Positions 18,200 through 28,683 of a DNA stretch of 64,000 nt are shown piece after piece. How positions within the stretch are numbered: position 1 is the first letter of the stretch; the number at the start of each line of letters is the position of its first letter. Under the pieces are notes generated by a model that saw only the letters and a program-made list of their open reading frames with translations, was not told the origin of the DNA and searched no databases. The DNA is taken from assembly GCA_002840565.1 (NCBI GenBank), contig PHBK01000003.1, forward strand, positions 47,493 to 111,492, given 5' to 3'. The stretch is from Deltaproteobacteria bacterium HGW-Deltaproteobacteria-12. Lineage in GTDB: Bacteria; Desulfobacterota; Syntrophia; Syntrophales; Smithellaceae. The translations under genes were made by a program, and so were the position numbers.

Positions 18200-19147
18200 T
18201 TAGATCACCTCAGCAGTTTTCATTTTCCGAATTATATCGATGGCCAGCTCCAGTGATTTGCGGGCGTCCTCGCCGGAGATGAGAGGGCGCGTGCGGGAAA
18301 TAACGGCATGAAGATATGAGCGGATTTCTTCTTCCAGAGGATCGTGGCTGCCTACTTCGATGTTGTTGGAATAAATTTCCACTGTGCCGGCATCATTTCT
18401 CCTTTTTCCCAAAGATAAAATTTCGCGTTTCTGGCAATCCACAGAGTGATAGCCCTCATTGCCGAAGAAACGGATTTTCTGCATGGTTTTAGCGCTGATC
18501 CGGCTGGCGGTAATGTTGGCTACACAACCGGTGGCAAAAGAAAGCCGCACATTGGAGATATCAATTTTACTGGAGAGAACGGGAATGCCTACTGCCTCTA
18601 CGGAAGTAAGCGGTGCATTGACAAACTTGAGAATGATGTCAAGATCGTGAATCATTAAATCCAGAATGACATCAACGTCGGTACCGCGTTCGAAAAATGG
18701 GTGCAATCTGTGCGCTTCAATAAACATCGGCTTGCCGATGACATTATCCAGAGCCATGATTGCCGGATTAAATCGTTCGACAAAACCGACTTGGAGAATA
18801 CAATTTTTTTCTCCGGCCAGAGCTAATAATTCATCTGCTTCTTCCAGAGTTGAACAAATGGGCTTTTCAATGAGAACGTCAAGGCCTGCAGCTAAAAAAT
18901 CCCGGGCTACACGATGATGTTCTCCCGTGGGCACGGCAATGCTTACGGCATCGACCTGGCCCAGCATCTCCCGATGATCGGAGTAGGCGGCACATTGATA
19001 AAGATCGGCCGCCTTCCCGGTTCGTTCGATTTGGGTGTCGGCAACAGCAACAATCGTGCAGTTGGCCAGTTTAGCATATTTCTGGAGATGGTAATTGCCG
19101 AGGTGGCCGATACCAATAACGCCGATTTTAATTTTCTTTTTACTCAT
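18200..19147 (-). CDS. Gfo/Idh/MocA-family NAD oxidoreductase (GnnA-like, UDP-GlcNAc 3-dehydrogenase candidate)
   Basis: 'IKIGVIGIGHLGNYH' Rossmann motif and 'EKP' motif. Position in the lpxA-lpxB gap. Confidence 0.75.
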   Translation of the reverse strand: MSKKKIKIGVIGIGHLGNYHLQKYAKLANCTIVAVADTQIERTGKAADLYQCAAYSDHREMLGQVDAVSIAVPTGEHHRVARDFLAAGLDVLIEKPICSTLEEADELLALAGEKNCILQVGFVERFNPAIMALDNVIGKPMFIEAHRLHPFFERGTDVDVILDLMIHDLDIILKFVNAPLTSVEAVGIPVLSSKIDISNVRLSFATGCVANITASRISAKTMQKIRFFGNEGYHSVDCQKREILSLGKRRNDAGTVEIYSNNIEVGSHDPLEEEIRSYLHAVISRTRPLISGEDARKSLELAIDIIRKMKTAEVI

Positions 19148-19163
19148 AATGATATGTCTGCAG

Positions 19164-19937
19164 TTAGCGGCAGACGCCTCTTTTTGATTCTTTAATAAAT
19201 TGGATAAAGTGGCGTACTTCCGGGAAATTTTCCATTTCTGCTTCCGCCTGACTGATCGCCACGTTCAAAAGAAGACGGGACCGGAAAATTATGCGATATG
19301 CTTTCTTCAGCGCCTTGATAGTCTCTTCGGAAAACCCCCGTCTTTTCAAACCGATTAAATTGAGCCCGAACAGTTTGGCATGGTTTCCGGCGGCCGTGGT
19401 ATAAGGGGGGACATCTTTGTTGACTCCTGAGGCTCCACCGACAATGCAATGAGCTCCGATACGGGAGAATTGATGAACGCCGGTAAGTCCGCCGATAATT
19501 GCGTAGTCCTCGATATGCGTATGCCCGCCTAATGTGGCGCCGTTAGACATAATAATGTGATTCCCCAGCTTGCAGTTGTGGGCTACATGGCAGTAGGCCA
19601 TAATCAGATTGTGATCCCCGATAATGGTTACGCCGATATCCGCCGTGGTGGAGCGGTGAATGGTTACAAATTCCCGAATGGTGTTGAAATTGCCGATAAC
19701 GACACGGGTTTTCTCACCGCTGAATTTTAAATCCTGGGGGTTTGCGCCGATGGAAGCAAACTGAAAAATATGGCAATTCTCGCCGATAGAAGTGAAATCG
19801 TCGATGACCGTATGAGGACCAATAATTGTATTGTTGCCAATCTTTACGTCGGAACCAATTATTGAGTAAGCGCCTATTTCCACTCCTTCCCCCAGTTGGG
19901 CGTCGGAAGCAATGATTGCTGTGGGATGAATTTTCAT
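19164..19937 (-). CDS. lpxA: Acyl-ACP--UDP-N-acetylglucosamine O-acyltransferase
   Basis: 'MKIHPTAII...A.LGEGVEIG' hexapeptide repeats, '[13 protein letters not shown]' C-terminal domain. Confidence 0.9.
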   Translation of the reverse strand: MKIHPTAIIASDAQLGEGVEIGAYSIIGSDVKIGNNTIIGPHTVIDDFTSIGENCHIFQFASIGANPQDLKFSGEKTRVVIGNFNTIREFVTIHRSTTADIGVTIIGDHNLIMAYCHVAHNCKLGNHIIMSNGATLGGHTHIEDYAIIGGLTGVHQFSRIGAHCIVGGASGVNKDVPPYTTAAGNHAKLFGLNLIGLKRRGFSEETIKALKKAYRIIFRSRLLLNVAISQAEAEMENFPEVRHFIQFIKESKRGVCR

Positions 19938-19955
19938 TTTCTTACCCTTTATTAA

Positions 19956-20993
19956 TTATTTGTTTTTTATTTGTTTTTGCAGTATCTCTATTTTTCTTTG
20001 TAATTCTGACAAGTCCTTCTTCATTTCCGGCAGCTTTGTCCGGCAGGCTTCAACTTTCAGCCATTGCCGGTAAGGCATTTGCGGAGAGCCGGCAACAATT
20101 TGTCCCGGTTCAATTTCTTTGTGGATGCCCGATCCGGCCGCGATCATAACATTATCGCCAATATTAATATGGCCGACAATGCCCGTCTGGCCGCCGATAA
20201 TCACGCTCTTGCCCAGTTTGGTGCTTCCGGAAATACCGACTTGTGCCGTAATAACTGAATTTTCACCAATGACAACATTGTGTGCGATCTGCACCAGATT
20301 ATCAATTTTTACATTACGCCCGATCCATGTTTTTCCCAGGGTGGCGCGGTCTATTGTTGAATTCGCCCCAATCTCTACGTCATCATCTATCTGAACAAAA
20401 CCCACCTGAGGAATTTTGTTGTTTTCTCTGCCCGGGGCGGCGAAACCAAAGCCGTCACTGCCCACAACCACACCCGAGTGCAGAATTACCCGTTTCCCTA
20501 TTATGGAGCCCCAATAAACAGCAACATTGGCGTAAAGGATAGAGTTTTCACCTATGGACGCATCACTGCCGATGAAAACTCCCGGATAGATAACAGCTCC
20601 TTTGGCTATTTTTGCTCCCCTGCTGATATAGGCGCGGGGGAACACGGTGGCTTCCGGAGACACACTGGCGCCCTCCTCGATATAAGCATCCTTGCTGATG
20701 CCATGGCAGCTGTGTTCGAGCGGATAGAAAAAAGATAGCAGCCTGCCGAAAGCAACATAGGGATCGGGAACAAGAACTAAATTTTTCCCTTCGGCTGATG
20801 TTTGCGGCGCTGCCAAAATTGCCGAAGCAGCGGTCGTCTTCAATTGCTTTAAATACTTCTTGTTGGCAATGAAGGTTATATCTCCGGGGCCGGCTTCTTC
20901 AATGGGGCGGATATTTTCAATGATAATGTCATCTCTGCCCACGATTGATCCATCAAGAAACAGTGCGATTTCTTTGAGAGTTATCTGCACCAA
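19956..20993 (-). CDS. lpxD: UDP-3-O-acylglucosamine N-acyltransferase
   Basis: 345 aa. Uridine-binding N-terminal domain, long left-handed beta-helix hexapeptide run, C-terminal helix. Confidence 0.9.
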   Translation of the reverse strand: MVQITLKEIALFLDGSIVGRDDIIIENIRPIEEAGPGDITFIANKKYLKQLKTTAASAILAAPQTSAEGKNLVLVPDPYVAFGRLLSFFYPLEHSCHGISKDAYIEEGASVSPEATVFPRAYISRGAKIAKGAVIYPGVFIGSDASIGENSILYANVAVYWGSIIGKRVILHSGVVVGSDGFGFAAPGRENNKIPQVGFVQIDDDVEIGANSTIDRATLGKTWIGRNVKIDNLVQIAHNVVIGENSVITAQVGISGSTKLGKSVIIGGQTGIVGHINIGDNVMIAAGSGIHKEIEPGQIVAGSPQMPYRQWLKVEACRTKLPEMKKDLSELQRKIEILQKQIKNK

Positions 20994-20999
20994 AGGCTC

Positions 21000-21554
21000 C
21001 TATTTCTTGCTTACGGATTGCTGCTTATTGTATTCATCTATTACCTTTTTGCTGATGTCATACTCTTTGGCATAGTAGGCAACAGGCATACTGGCTACAT
21101 CAATAACCAAAGTGTATTTTTCCCGTTCTGCTATTGTTCGAACAACTTTTGTTATTTCAGGAATAATCTTGGTGGCGATTTCTTCATCTTTTGCTTTCAG
21201 TTCCTTATTCGTGTCATCCACTAAGATTTGATAATCGCGCATTTTTTTTTGATAGGCAGTTTCCTTTTCCTTGGCGGCCAGCGGGGTTAAAACCGTCGCC
21301 TGTTTCTCCAGGGCTTCCTTCATCTTTTTCAGTTCATTTTCTGCCGCCCTAACAGTTTCGGTTTTCTTATCATAGAGCTTCTTGAATTCTTCTCCCGCCT
21401 TTTTACCGCTATTGGAATTCTGCATTATTTCCCGCAAATTAATAAAACCAATTTTGTCTGCGGCAAACACATTAGAACCTGTCAAGATAAAAAACATCAA
21501 GACAAATCCTGCAATCAGATAAATGCTCTTACGCGTGGCCTTCAGGTTATTCAT
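21000..21554 (-). CDS. skp: Periplasmic chaperone OmpH/Skp
   Basis: 184 aa. Signal peptide and a Lys/Glu-rich coiled coil. Canonical position between bamA and lpxD. Confidence 0.85.
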   Translation of the reverse strand: MNNLKATRKSIYLIAGFVLMFFILTGSNVFAADKIGFINLREIMQNSNSGKKAGEEFKKLYDKKTETVRAAENELKKMKEALEKQATVLTPLAAKEKETAYQKKMRDYQILVDDTNKELKAKDEEIATKIIPEITKVVRTIAEREKYTLVIDVASMPVAYYAKEYDISKKVIDEYNKQQSVSKK

Positions 21555-21631
21555 ATCAAATACTCCTCCCTAAGTTTGTTGGTATCTATGTCCAGGTTAT
21601 TCTTGTAATTTAAATTTCGCCCTGATTTTTT

Positions 21632-24337
21632 TTACATCATCATGCCTATGGAAAATTCCCAGCGGCCGGCGGATTCGTTTTCTTTCCGGTCGAGCACATA
21701 ACCATATTCCAGTCTCAAAGGACCGATAGGTGAATACCAGCGTATACCGGCACCCACTGTCTGCCTTAAATCATTGAGTTTATATCCGCCTTCCCATGTG
21801 TTTCCTGTGTCGTAAAATATGACGCCTTTCATGCCTGCACTTTTAATCAACGGAAATACAATTTCCAGGTTCAGGACCAACATGCTGGTACCGCCAAGGA
21901 CATCGCTGGTTCCGGATCCTCGAACGCCCAGATACTGTAGGCCACGGATCGTAGTTAGTCCTCCGAGAACATATCTTTCCGAAATCGGCACATCGTAAGG
22001 AAATTGTTTGTCCGTATTGTGGCTTTCGATGTTTCCGATTCGCCCTTTGGCGGCAAAAACAAGATTCAGAGGCAGGGGGAAAAATTTAGCCACAGTGAAT
22101 CCGGTTTTTGTGTAAGAGTTATCACCACCGAAATAACCGCCTGCCTGCTGGACGAACAAATTAGCTCTTGTTCCTTTGGTGGGGAAAATCGAATCATCTG
22201 TGTCATCAATTCCAATTCCCAAGGTTACAGAACTCGTAACCGTCTGTCCAGGCGGATTTACAACTGTGGTATCGGTCGGCCCAACCTCTCCTTTGATATA
22301 CCAGGGAGCGGTTGCATTATTAACATCCTGAATTTCATCCAGGGTAAGTCTGTAACCGATTGAACCGTATATTTTTTTCCAGAGGGGATAAGAGAAAGTA
22401 AATCCCGTTCCCCTCGAGTCCCAGTTATAAGAATCGTATGTTTTCTTATACTTCCAGACATCATATTTAAACCAGAGAGGCAGATCAAAGAGCCAGGGTT
22501 CGGTAAAGGATAATTCATACATGTTGGTCGTTGAACCCAAAGATGCTTTCAGGCTTAAAATCTGCCCCCTGCCCAGGAAATTCTGCTGAGTGACCTGCGC
22601 CATGATAACGGCCTGATCAACAGCGCTGTATCCTGCGCCGATCATGAACATGCCGGTATTTTTTTCTTTTACCCGGATGTTGACGTCCATCACGCTTTGA
22701 TCAGGTCCTTTTTCCGTTTTGAAATCGATTTCTTCAAAATAGCGCAACCGGTTCAAATTGGCATAGCTCGTTTTCAATTTGCTGCTGGAGTAAAGATCTC
22801 TTTCAATTATTTCCAGTTGACGGCGGATAACTTTGTCCCTTGTGTTGGTATTGCCCGTGATGGTAATGCGGTTAAAATAGACTAATCCTCCTTTGTTGAT
22901 GCTGAAATCCACATCAGCCAGCTGTTCTTTTTCCCGCGTGTTAATTTTAGGGTTAACATCAGTGTTGGCGTATCCTTCGTCGGTATAGAATTGCGTTACT
23001 GTCTCCATATCCTTAACGATTGCTTCCCGATCATAATTGTTACCTTCTTTGGTAATTAAAGCTTTCAGTATTTCAGCTCTGGGCTTATCCAGATGATCGC
23101 CGGATATTTCCACCTTTCCTATTTTGAATCGTTTGCCTTCTTTGATGATAATTTTGATATAAATGCCTTTTTTATCATGGGTTATTTCCGGTTCGCCTAT
23201 CTGGGCGTTGATGAAGCCATTGTTGAAGTAATAAGTGTTTATTTTACCGACATCCTGTTTGAGCTGGTCTCGCTTGAGCAATCCGGAATCATTGAAAAAG
23301 TGCAGGAGCCCATATTCATTAGTGCCCATCATGTTTTTAAGTTCTTTTGTCGAGTATGCCTCATTACCTTCGAATGTTATGGAGCGAATATAGATCCGGT
23401 CATTTTCTTTGATATCGATGATTATCCGGAAATCCTTTTCTCCGTCTTTCTCCACTCTGTCGGATATCTCTGCATTGTAGTATCCTTTGCTGTCGTACAG
23501 AGCTTTAATCTTTTCCAGATCCGTTTTAATCTTTTCCCGGTTTATTGTCTGTCTGGTTTTAACGGTTAAAACATCATTAATGGCATCTCTATCCAATGCT
23601 TTATTGCCGTTGATTTGAATGTCCGATATTAATCCTTTTTCCAGCACGACAAAGGTAATTACTTTTCCTTCCGGAACTTCCGACACTTCTGCCGATACAT
23701 CCTGAAAGAACCCCATTTTGAAAATAGTTTTGATATCGGAAGTAATGTCGGCTTCAACAAAAGGCTTGCCTTTCTGGCTCTTGATTTGCTGGGTTATTAC
23801 CAGGGATTCAATTTTGCGATTTCCCTTGATTTCAACTTTGGCAATTTTTATAATTAAGCCGGTGCGGGTAAGAATTTCTGTTTTTAATCGGGTTACCAGC
23901 GGTGGAATGTCCGCTAATCCTTTACCCTGAAGAGAAACAGAAGGTAAAACATTTTCTGTTTGAGCATCGATTATTCTGGCATCTATGCTCATAGTCTCGC
24001 CGAATTGAGTCATGCTCCCCATAATGATAAAGTCAGCGCCGAGAGACTTTCCCGCTTCCATAGCAAACTTATCGGTTACTTTCTCGGTGCCGGCCAGCAG
24101 ATCAGATGTCGGCAGCAGCTGGACCAGTTTTTCCTTTCCGAGCTCTTCTGATAATTTCTGAAAAAGCGTTTTTCTCAAGGCGGTGTTGTCGCCTTTGCTA
24201 TAAATATCAAAAGGCAGAACAGCAATTTTTTTTATTTCCTGTGCGGCAGCCGGAGGAACGGCAAAAACTGCCAGAAAAAGAAGAGCCAGCATGATTCGAC
24301 GCCAATTCTTATTGATAGTCATATATTTTCCCGTCAC
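21632..24337 (-). CDS. bamA: Outer-membrane protein assembly factor BamA with an extra N-terminal domain
   Basis: 901 aa. POTRA repeats ('I..I.I.GN'), C-terminal 16-strand barrel ending 'RWEFSIGMMM'. About 115 extra residues lie between the signal peptide and POTRA1. Confidence 0.9.
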   Translation of the reverse strand: MTGKYMTINKNWRRIMLALLFLAVFAVPPAAAQEIKKIAVLPFDIYSKGDNTALRKTLFQKLSEELGKEKLVQLLPTSDLLAGTEKVTDKFAMEAGKSLGADFIIMGSMTQFGETMSIDARIIDAQTENVLPSVSLQGKGLADIPPLVTRLKTEILTRTGLIIKIAKVEIKGNRKIESLVITQQIKSQKGKPFVEADITSDIKTIFKMGFFQDVSAEVSEVPEGKVITFVVLEKGLISDIQINGNKALDRDAINDVLTVKTRQTINREKIKTDLEKIKALYDSKGYYNAEISDRVEKDGEKDFRIIIDIKENDRIYIRSITFEGNEAYSTKELKNMMGTNEYGLLHFFNDSGLLKRDQLKQDVGKINTYYFNNGFINAQIGEPEITHDKKGIYIKIIIKEGKRFKIGKVEISGDHLDKPRAEILKALITKEGNNYDREAIVKDMETVTQFYTDEGYANTDVNPKINTREKEQLADVDFSINKGGLVYFNRITITGNTNTRDKVIRRQLEIIERDLYSSSKLKTSYANLNRLRYFEEIDFKTEKGPDQSVMDVNIRVKEKNTGMFMIGAGYSAVDQAVIMAQVTQQNFLGRGQILSLKASLGSTTNMYELSFTEPWLFDLPLWFKYDVWKYKKTYDSYNWDSRGTGFTFSYPLWKKIYGSIGYRLTLDEIQDVNNATAPWYIKGEVGPTDTTVVNPPGQTVTSSVTLGIGIDDTDDSIFPTKGTRANLFVQQAGGYFGGDNSYTKTGFTVAKFFPLPLNLVFAAKGRIGNIESHNTDKQFPYDVPISERYVLGGLTTIRGLQYLGVRGSGTSDVLGGTSMLVLNLEIVFPLIKSAGMKGVIFYDTGNTWEGGYKLNDLRQTVGAGIRWYSPIGPLRLEYGYVLDRKENESAGRWEFSIGMMM

Positions 24338-24980
24338 GCAGACCTATTCTGCCCGACATCCTTTCTGCCAGTGATTTATTGTGAGTTACAACCACAAGAG
24401 TAATTTTTTTTTCTTCATTTAATTTCAGTAGAATGTCTTCTATCTTTTTTCCTGTTTCCGTGTCAAGGTTTCCCGTCGGTTCATCGGCAAGCAATATTTC
24501 CGGGCTCATCACTAAAGCCCGGGCGATAGCCACTCTCTGCTGCTCACCGCCGGACAGTTCTCCCGGTTTGTGACGGACTCTATGCCCCAACCCCAATTCA
24601 GTCAGCAATTGCAAAGCCAGTTGACGTGCTTCCCTCTTGTGCATACCGCTGATTAAAGCGGGCATCATGGCATTTTCCAAGGCGTCGAATTCCGGCAGTA
24701 AATTATTGAACTGAAATACGAAGCCTATTTTCGAATTACGAAACTGTGATATTTCTCTCTCTTTCCAATCAAAAACATTGACGCCATTAATAAAAAGATG
24801 GCCGTCTGTGGGATGATCCAGCGTTCCCAGAATATGCACAAGAGTGCTTTTTCCGGAACCGGAAACACCCAGAACAGCCAGCGATTCGCCCTTTTTAATC
24901 TCATAATTGAGGCCGCGTAAAACCTCAATTTTATTGCCGTCTTTAACGAATGTTTTTGACAAGTTTTCCAATTTGATCAT
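24309..24980 (-). CDS. lolD: Lipoprotein-releasing ABC transporter ATP-binding protein
   Basis: 'GVSGSGKST', '[15 protein letters not shown]', '[11 protein letters not shown]'. It follows the LolC/E-type permease. Confidence 0.85.
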   Translation of the reverse strand: MIKLENLSKTFVKDGNKIEVLRGLNYEIKKGESLAVLGVSGSGKSTLVHILGTLDHPTDGHLFINGVNVFDWKEREISQFRNSKIGFVFQFNNLLPEFDALENAMMPALISGMHKREARQLALQLLTELGLGHRVRHKPGELSGGEQQRVAIARALVMSPEILLADEPTGNLDTETGKKIEDILLKLNEEKKITLVVVTHNKSLAERMSGRIGLRDGKIYDYQ

Positions 24981-25003
24981 TTTCTGAGCATATCCTAAAT
25001 CAT

Positions 25004-26287
25004 TTATTCGTATCTTAAAGCTTCCGCCGGATCCAGGCGGGAAGCTCTGTACGAAGGATAAATTGTGGAGACAAAACAGACAAGCAGAGTGCCGATCACA
25101 ATAATCGCGACATCGGAGTAATTTACCTGAGATGGTAATTCACTTAAGTAATACACATCACCGGGTAAAAATTTGATGTGAAATATTTTTTCCACAAATT
25201 GAGAAATCTTTTGCAGATTCAGCGCAATAGCGAGGCCGGCGGCGCAGCCCAAAGCAGTTCCGATTGTTCCGACAATAAGTCCCTGATAGATGAAAATTTT
25301 CATGATGTCGCGGGACGTTGCCCCCATTGATTTCAGGATGGCAATGTCTTTATTTTTTTCCATGACAATCATTATTAACGCGCTGATGATATTAAAGGCG
25401 GCAACGAGGACAATGAGACTTAATATGATGAACATAACCCGTTTTTCCAGTTTCAGCGCGGCAAAGAGATTTTTATTCATTTGCATCCAGTTGTTTGCCC
25501 AGAAGGGGAATCCCAATTTGCTTTGTATGTTTCGGGCAATTTTATCCGCCTTGTAAATATCATCAACCTTGATATCTATTCCTGTAACAGTATCACCCAT
25601 TTGCAGGAAATCCTGGCAACTCTTCAACGACAAAAAGGCCAGGCTGGAATCGTACTCATAAAAACCGGATTCAAAGATGCCCACGACAATAAATCTCTTC
25701 ATCAGAGGCACCATGCCCAGCGGAGAGGAAACGCCTACCGGTGAAATAATGGTAATGGGATCATAGAGAAAAATCCCCAGGTTTTTCGCCATTTCCTTGC
25801 CAATGACAATTCCGGCGAGCAGGGCGTCTTCCTTTTTCTGGCGCTGAAGCAAATTAGCCGGTAATTTATTTAAATGCTCGATATTCCCTTCCTTGATTTT
25901 GCCCAGATTAATGACTTTAAAGGCGTTTTGAGTATCCAAACCCCTGATGACTACTCCGCTCACGCCGTTGCTGTGACGAATCATGGCCTGGCTGTAAATA
26001 TAAGGAGTGGAGGCGACAAGGCCTTCCGTACCGGCAATCCGCTCGCGAACTTTTTCGTAATCCTTCATTGGTCCTGCGATATCCGTCGTCAATTCAATAT
26101 GAGACCTGATGCCGAGAATTTTTGTCCGCAAATCTATCTCAAATCCGTTCATGACGGCCAACACGATAATTAAGGCTGCAACTCCCAGAAAGATGCCGAA
26201 AATAGATATAAAAGTAATAATGGAAACAAACACTTGCTTCCGTTTGGCCCTTAAATAACGACGGCTTATAAAAAATTCATACGACAT
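25004..26287 (-). CDS. Lipoprotein-releasing system permease (LolC/LolE family, MacB-FtsX fold)
   Basis: 427 aa. 'FISRRYLRAKRKQ' N-terminus, large periplasmic loop, C-terminal FtsX domain. Confidence 0.85.
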   Translation of the reverse strand: MSYEFFISRRYLRAKRKQVFVSIITFISIFGIFLGVAALIIVLAVMNGFEIDLRTKILGIRSHIELTTDIAGPMKDYEKVRERIAGTEGLVASTPYIYSQAMIRHSNGVSGVVIRGLDTQNAFKVINLGKIKEGNIEHLNKLPANLLQRQKKEDALLAGIVIGKEMAKNLGIFLYDPITIISPVGVSSPLGMVPLMKRFIVVGIFESGFYEYDSSLAFLSLKSCQDFLQMGDTVTGIDIKVDDIYKADKIARNIQSKLGFPFWANNWMQMNKNLFAALKLEKRVMFIILSLIVLVAAFNIISALIMIVMEKNKDIAILKSMGATSRDIMKIFIYQGLIVGTIGTALGCAAGLAIALNLQKISQFVEKIFHIKFLPGDVYYLSELPSQVNYSDVAIIVIGTLLVCFVSTIYPSYRASRLDPAEALRYE

Positions 26288-26328
26288 GGAAATAAATATC
26301 CCAGTTGGAGGTGGTTTTAATATGGAAA

Positions 26329-27831
26329 TTATTGGCTAACTTTGTCACTTGTTCCCTGCCTGTCTTTCAGAAGGGGGAACAGAATTACATCGCGAATAGA
26401 AGCCGAATCGGTAAAGAGCATCACCAGGCGATCAATACCGATGCCTTCGCCGGCCGTCGGGGGCATCGCGTATTCCAGTGTGTGAATGTAATCCTCATCC
26501 ATTTCATGGGCTTCGTCATTTCCCGCAATGCGCTCTTTTATTTGCTGCTCGAAGCGGTCTCTCTGGTCCGCCGGATCATTCAATTCAGAGAAAGCATTGG
26601 CGATTTCCCGACCGGAAATATAAAGCTCAAAACGGTCAACCAGGTCCGGCTGGCTGTTTGATCTGCGGGAGAGAGGAGATACCGCCACCGGATAATGAGT
26701 GATGAAAGTAGGTTGAATCAGCTTCTTTTCCACAACTTCATCAAAAATTGCCATCAGAATTTTACCGAGCTGGTCGCTTTCATTAATTGGGCAGCCTATT
26801 TTTTTAGCGAATACGATAGCCTGCGCTTTATCCCGAAGCGCCGCCGTATCCATGCCCGCGATCTGTACAAGGGCATCCATTACCGATAGACGCCTCCAGG
26901 GCGGTGTCAGATCGATTTCTTTCCCCTGGTAGCTGAACTTCAATCCGGAAAAAATATTCTGAGCTATTTCGGTAAACAATTCTTCGGTAAATGACATTAA
27001 GTCTTCATATGTTGAATATGCCCAGTAAAATTCCATCATTGTAAATTCGGGATTATGGAAAGTAGAGATGCCTTCGTTGCGGAAATTCCTGTTGATTTCA
27101 TAGACTCTTTCCAGTCCACCGGTGACCAAACGCTTTAAATAAAGTTCCGGTGCAATCCGCAGATAAAAATCCATATCGAGAGCGTTGTGATGCGTCTTAA
27201 AGGGACGAGCCATCGCCCCGCCGGCGCGCGGCTGCATCATGGGGGTTTCCACTTCCAGAAAGTCGTGCTGGTCCATGAATTGGCGGATCAGCCGTATAAT
27301 ATGACTGCGGCGGTAAAAAGTTTCTTTAACTGACGGATTGGAAATTAAATCCAGGTGCCTTTGCCGGTAACGGGTTTCCACATCCGTCAGGCCATGCCAT
27401 TTTTCCGGCAGGGGACGGATAGCCTTCGATAAAAGACGCAGCTCTTCCGCCTCAATGGTCAACTCATTGGTTTTGGTGCGAAAGAGCTTTCCGGAAACAT
27501 AAATAATGTCGCCTATGTCCAGTTTTTTAAACACAAAATAGGCTTCCTCGCTCAATATGTTCTTAGCAATGTAACTTTGTATTTGTCCCTTGCGGTCCTG
27601 AATTTTGATAAATGCCGCTTTGCCGAAATTACGCATAGCCATGAGCCGGCCGGCAATCGAAAATTTTTGGGTTAATTGCGCCAAAGCATCGCTGTCAGCA
27701 TCGCCGAATGATGAGAAAATGTCACTTGTTGTATTCTGAGGCTTAATGTCGTTAGGGTATAAATCAATCCCGGTTGCTTTCAAGGCCGCAATTTTTTCCA
27801 GACGAACCTTTAAAAGATCATTATCTTCCAT
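26329..27831 (-). CDS. lysS: Lysine--tRNA ligase, class II
   Basis: OB anticodon domain and class II motifs 'FLEVETPMM', 'YLRIAPELYLKRL', 'GIGIDRLVML'. The ATG at 27831 has a GGAGA RBS. The track TTG start is at 27849. Confidence 0.95.
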   Translation of the reverse strand: MEDNDLLKVRLEKIAALKATGIDLYPNDIKPQNTTSDIFSSFGDADSDALAQLTQKFSIAGRLMAMRNFGKAAFIKIQDRKGQIQSYIAKNILSEEAYFVFKKLDIGDIIYVSGKLFRTKTNELTIEAEELRLLSKAIRPLPEKWHGLTDVETRYRQRHLDLISNPSVKETFYRRSHIIRLIRQFMDQHDFLEVETPMMQPRAGGAMARPFKTHHNALDMDFYLRIAPELYLKRLVTGGLERVYEINRNFRNEGISTFHNPEFTMMEFYWAYSTYEDLMSFTEELFTEIAQNIFSGLKFSYQGKEIDLTPPWRRLSVMDALVQIAGMDTAALRDKAQAIVFAKKIGCPINESDQLGKILMAIFDEVVEKKLIQPTFITHYPVAVSPLSRRSNSQPDLVDRFELYISGREIANAFSELNDPADQRDRFEQQIKERIAGNDEAHEMDEDYIHTLEYAMPPTAGEGIGIDRLVMLFTDSASIRDVILFPLLKDRQGTSDKVSQ

Positions 27832-27953
27832 AATTTCTCCGCTTTTCAAAAAGTTAATCTGGATATATTTTTTTCGTCAATTAGTCAAGCATGATTGTAG
27901 GCAAAAGCCTGGCGCCTGATGCGGGAGAAACAAATCGGTAACGCAAAATTAAT

Positions 27954-27982
27954 TTGCCACAAGTGATGATGTTATGTATGAT
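27954..27982 (+). promoter_or_regulatory. Sigma70-like promoter candidate for ssb (TTGCCA-17 nt-TATGAT)
   Basis: Read directly: -35 at 27954-27959, -10 at 27977-27982, about 34 nt upstream of the ssb ATG. Confidence 0.45.
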
Positions 27983-28015
27983 GGCGCACACTTATTAAAA
28001 GGGGGAACGGGGAAA

Positions 28016-28420
28016 ATGGTAAATAAGGTAATCTTGATCGGCAGACTGGGTAAAGATCCGGAAGTGCGCTATACCCCGGATGGAACAATGGTGACTAATT
28101 TTAATCTGGCTACAGATGAAAGTTATAAGGATAAAAACGGGGAAAGAGTTTCTAAAACAGAGTGGCATCGGATAGTTACCTACAGAAAGCTGGCCGAAAT
28201 CTGCGGCAATTACCTGGTGAAAGGTAAAATGGTCTTTATAGAAGGAAAAATTCAAACCCGTTCCTGGGAGGACAAAGAAGGCGTAAAACGGCAGACGACG
28301 GAAATTGTGGCCAGCGACATGAAAATGCTTGATTCTAAAGGCCAGGCCAAAGCGGACGGACCATCCGACGTCGTCAATACAGGGTCAGTAAACGGACCGG
28401 AGGAAGATGTTCCGTTTTAA
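28016..28420 (+). CDS. ssb: Single-stranded DNA-binding protein
   Basis: '[20 protein letters not shown]', 'TEWHRIV', acidic tail ending 'EEDVPF'. Start at the ATG at 28016, after a GGGGAA RBS. Confidence 0.9.
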   Translation: MVNKVILIGRLGKDPEVRYTPDGTMVTNFNLATDESYKDKNGERVSKTEWHRIVTYRKLAEICGNYLVKGKMVFIEGKIQTRSWEDKEGVKRQTTEIVASDMKMLDSKGQAKADGPSDVVNTGSVNGPEEDVPF

Positions 28421-28463
28421 GGAAATCACGAATCAATGGATTGATTGACGTATTAACGTTTGG

Positions 28464-28496
28464 AAAAAACCTCACCCGTCGGGCGGGGTTTTTTAT
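28464..28496 (+). terminator. Weak intrinsic terminator candidate after ssb
   Basis: A-tract, a short GC stem (CCCG..CGGG), then TTTTTTAT. Confidence 0.4.
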
Positions 28497-28683
28497 TCCC
28501 CCGGAAAATTTGATTATCAATAAAGCTTTACAGGGAAGACAATAATCGATATAGCAGCGGGCGGGGCAGAATGCCCGCAAGCCGGATATCGCCGGGAATG
28601 CAATCAAGTTCCCATGAGCTGTCGGGAATTGGCGGTGCAAAAAATAAATGCTCTCGGAAAATTTCGCAGAAGGAGTATCAAGA

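Noticed and set aside
19937-19956. Expected fabZ between lpxD and lpxA
   Set aside because: Only 18 nt separate the two genes, so no gene can be present. I recorded this as an absence, not a feature.
28374-28640. 88-aa minus-strand ORF between ssb and fdhE
   Set aside because: It overlaps the ssb 3' end and terminator region. It has no RBS or motif and is probably non-coding promoter space for fdhE.
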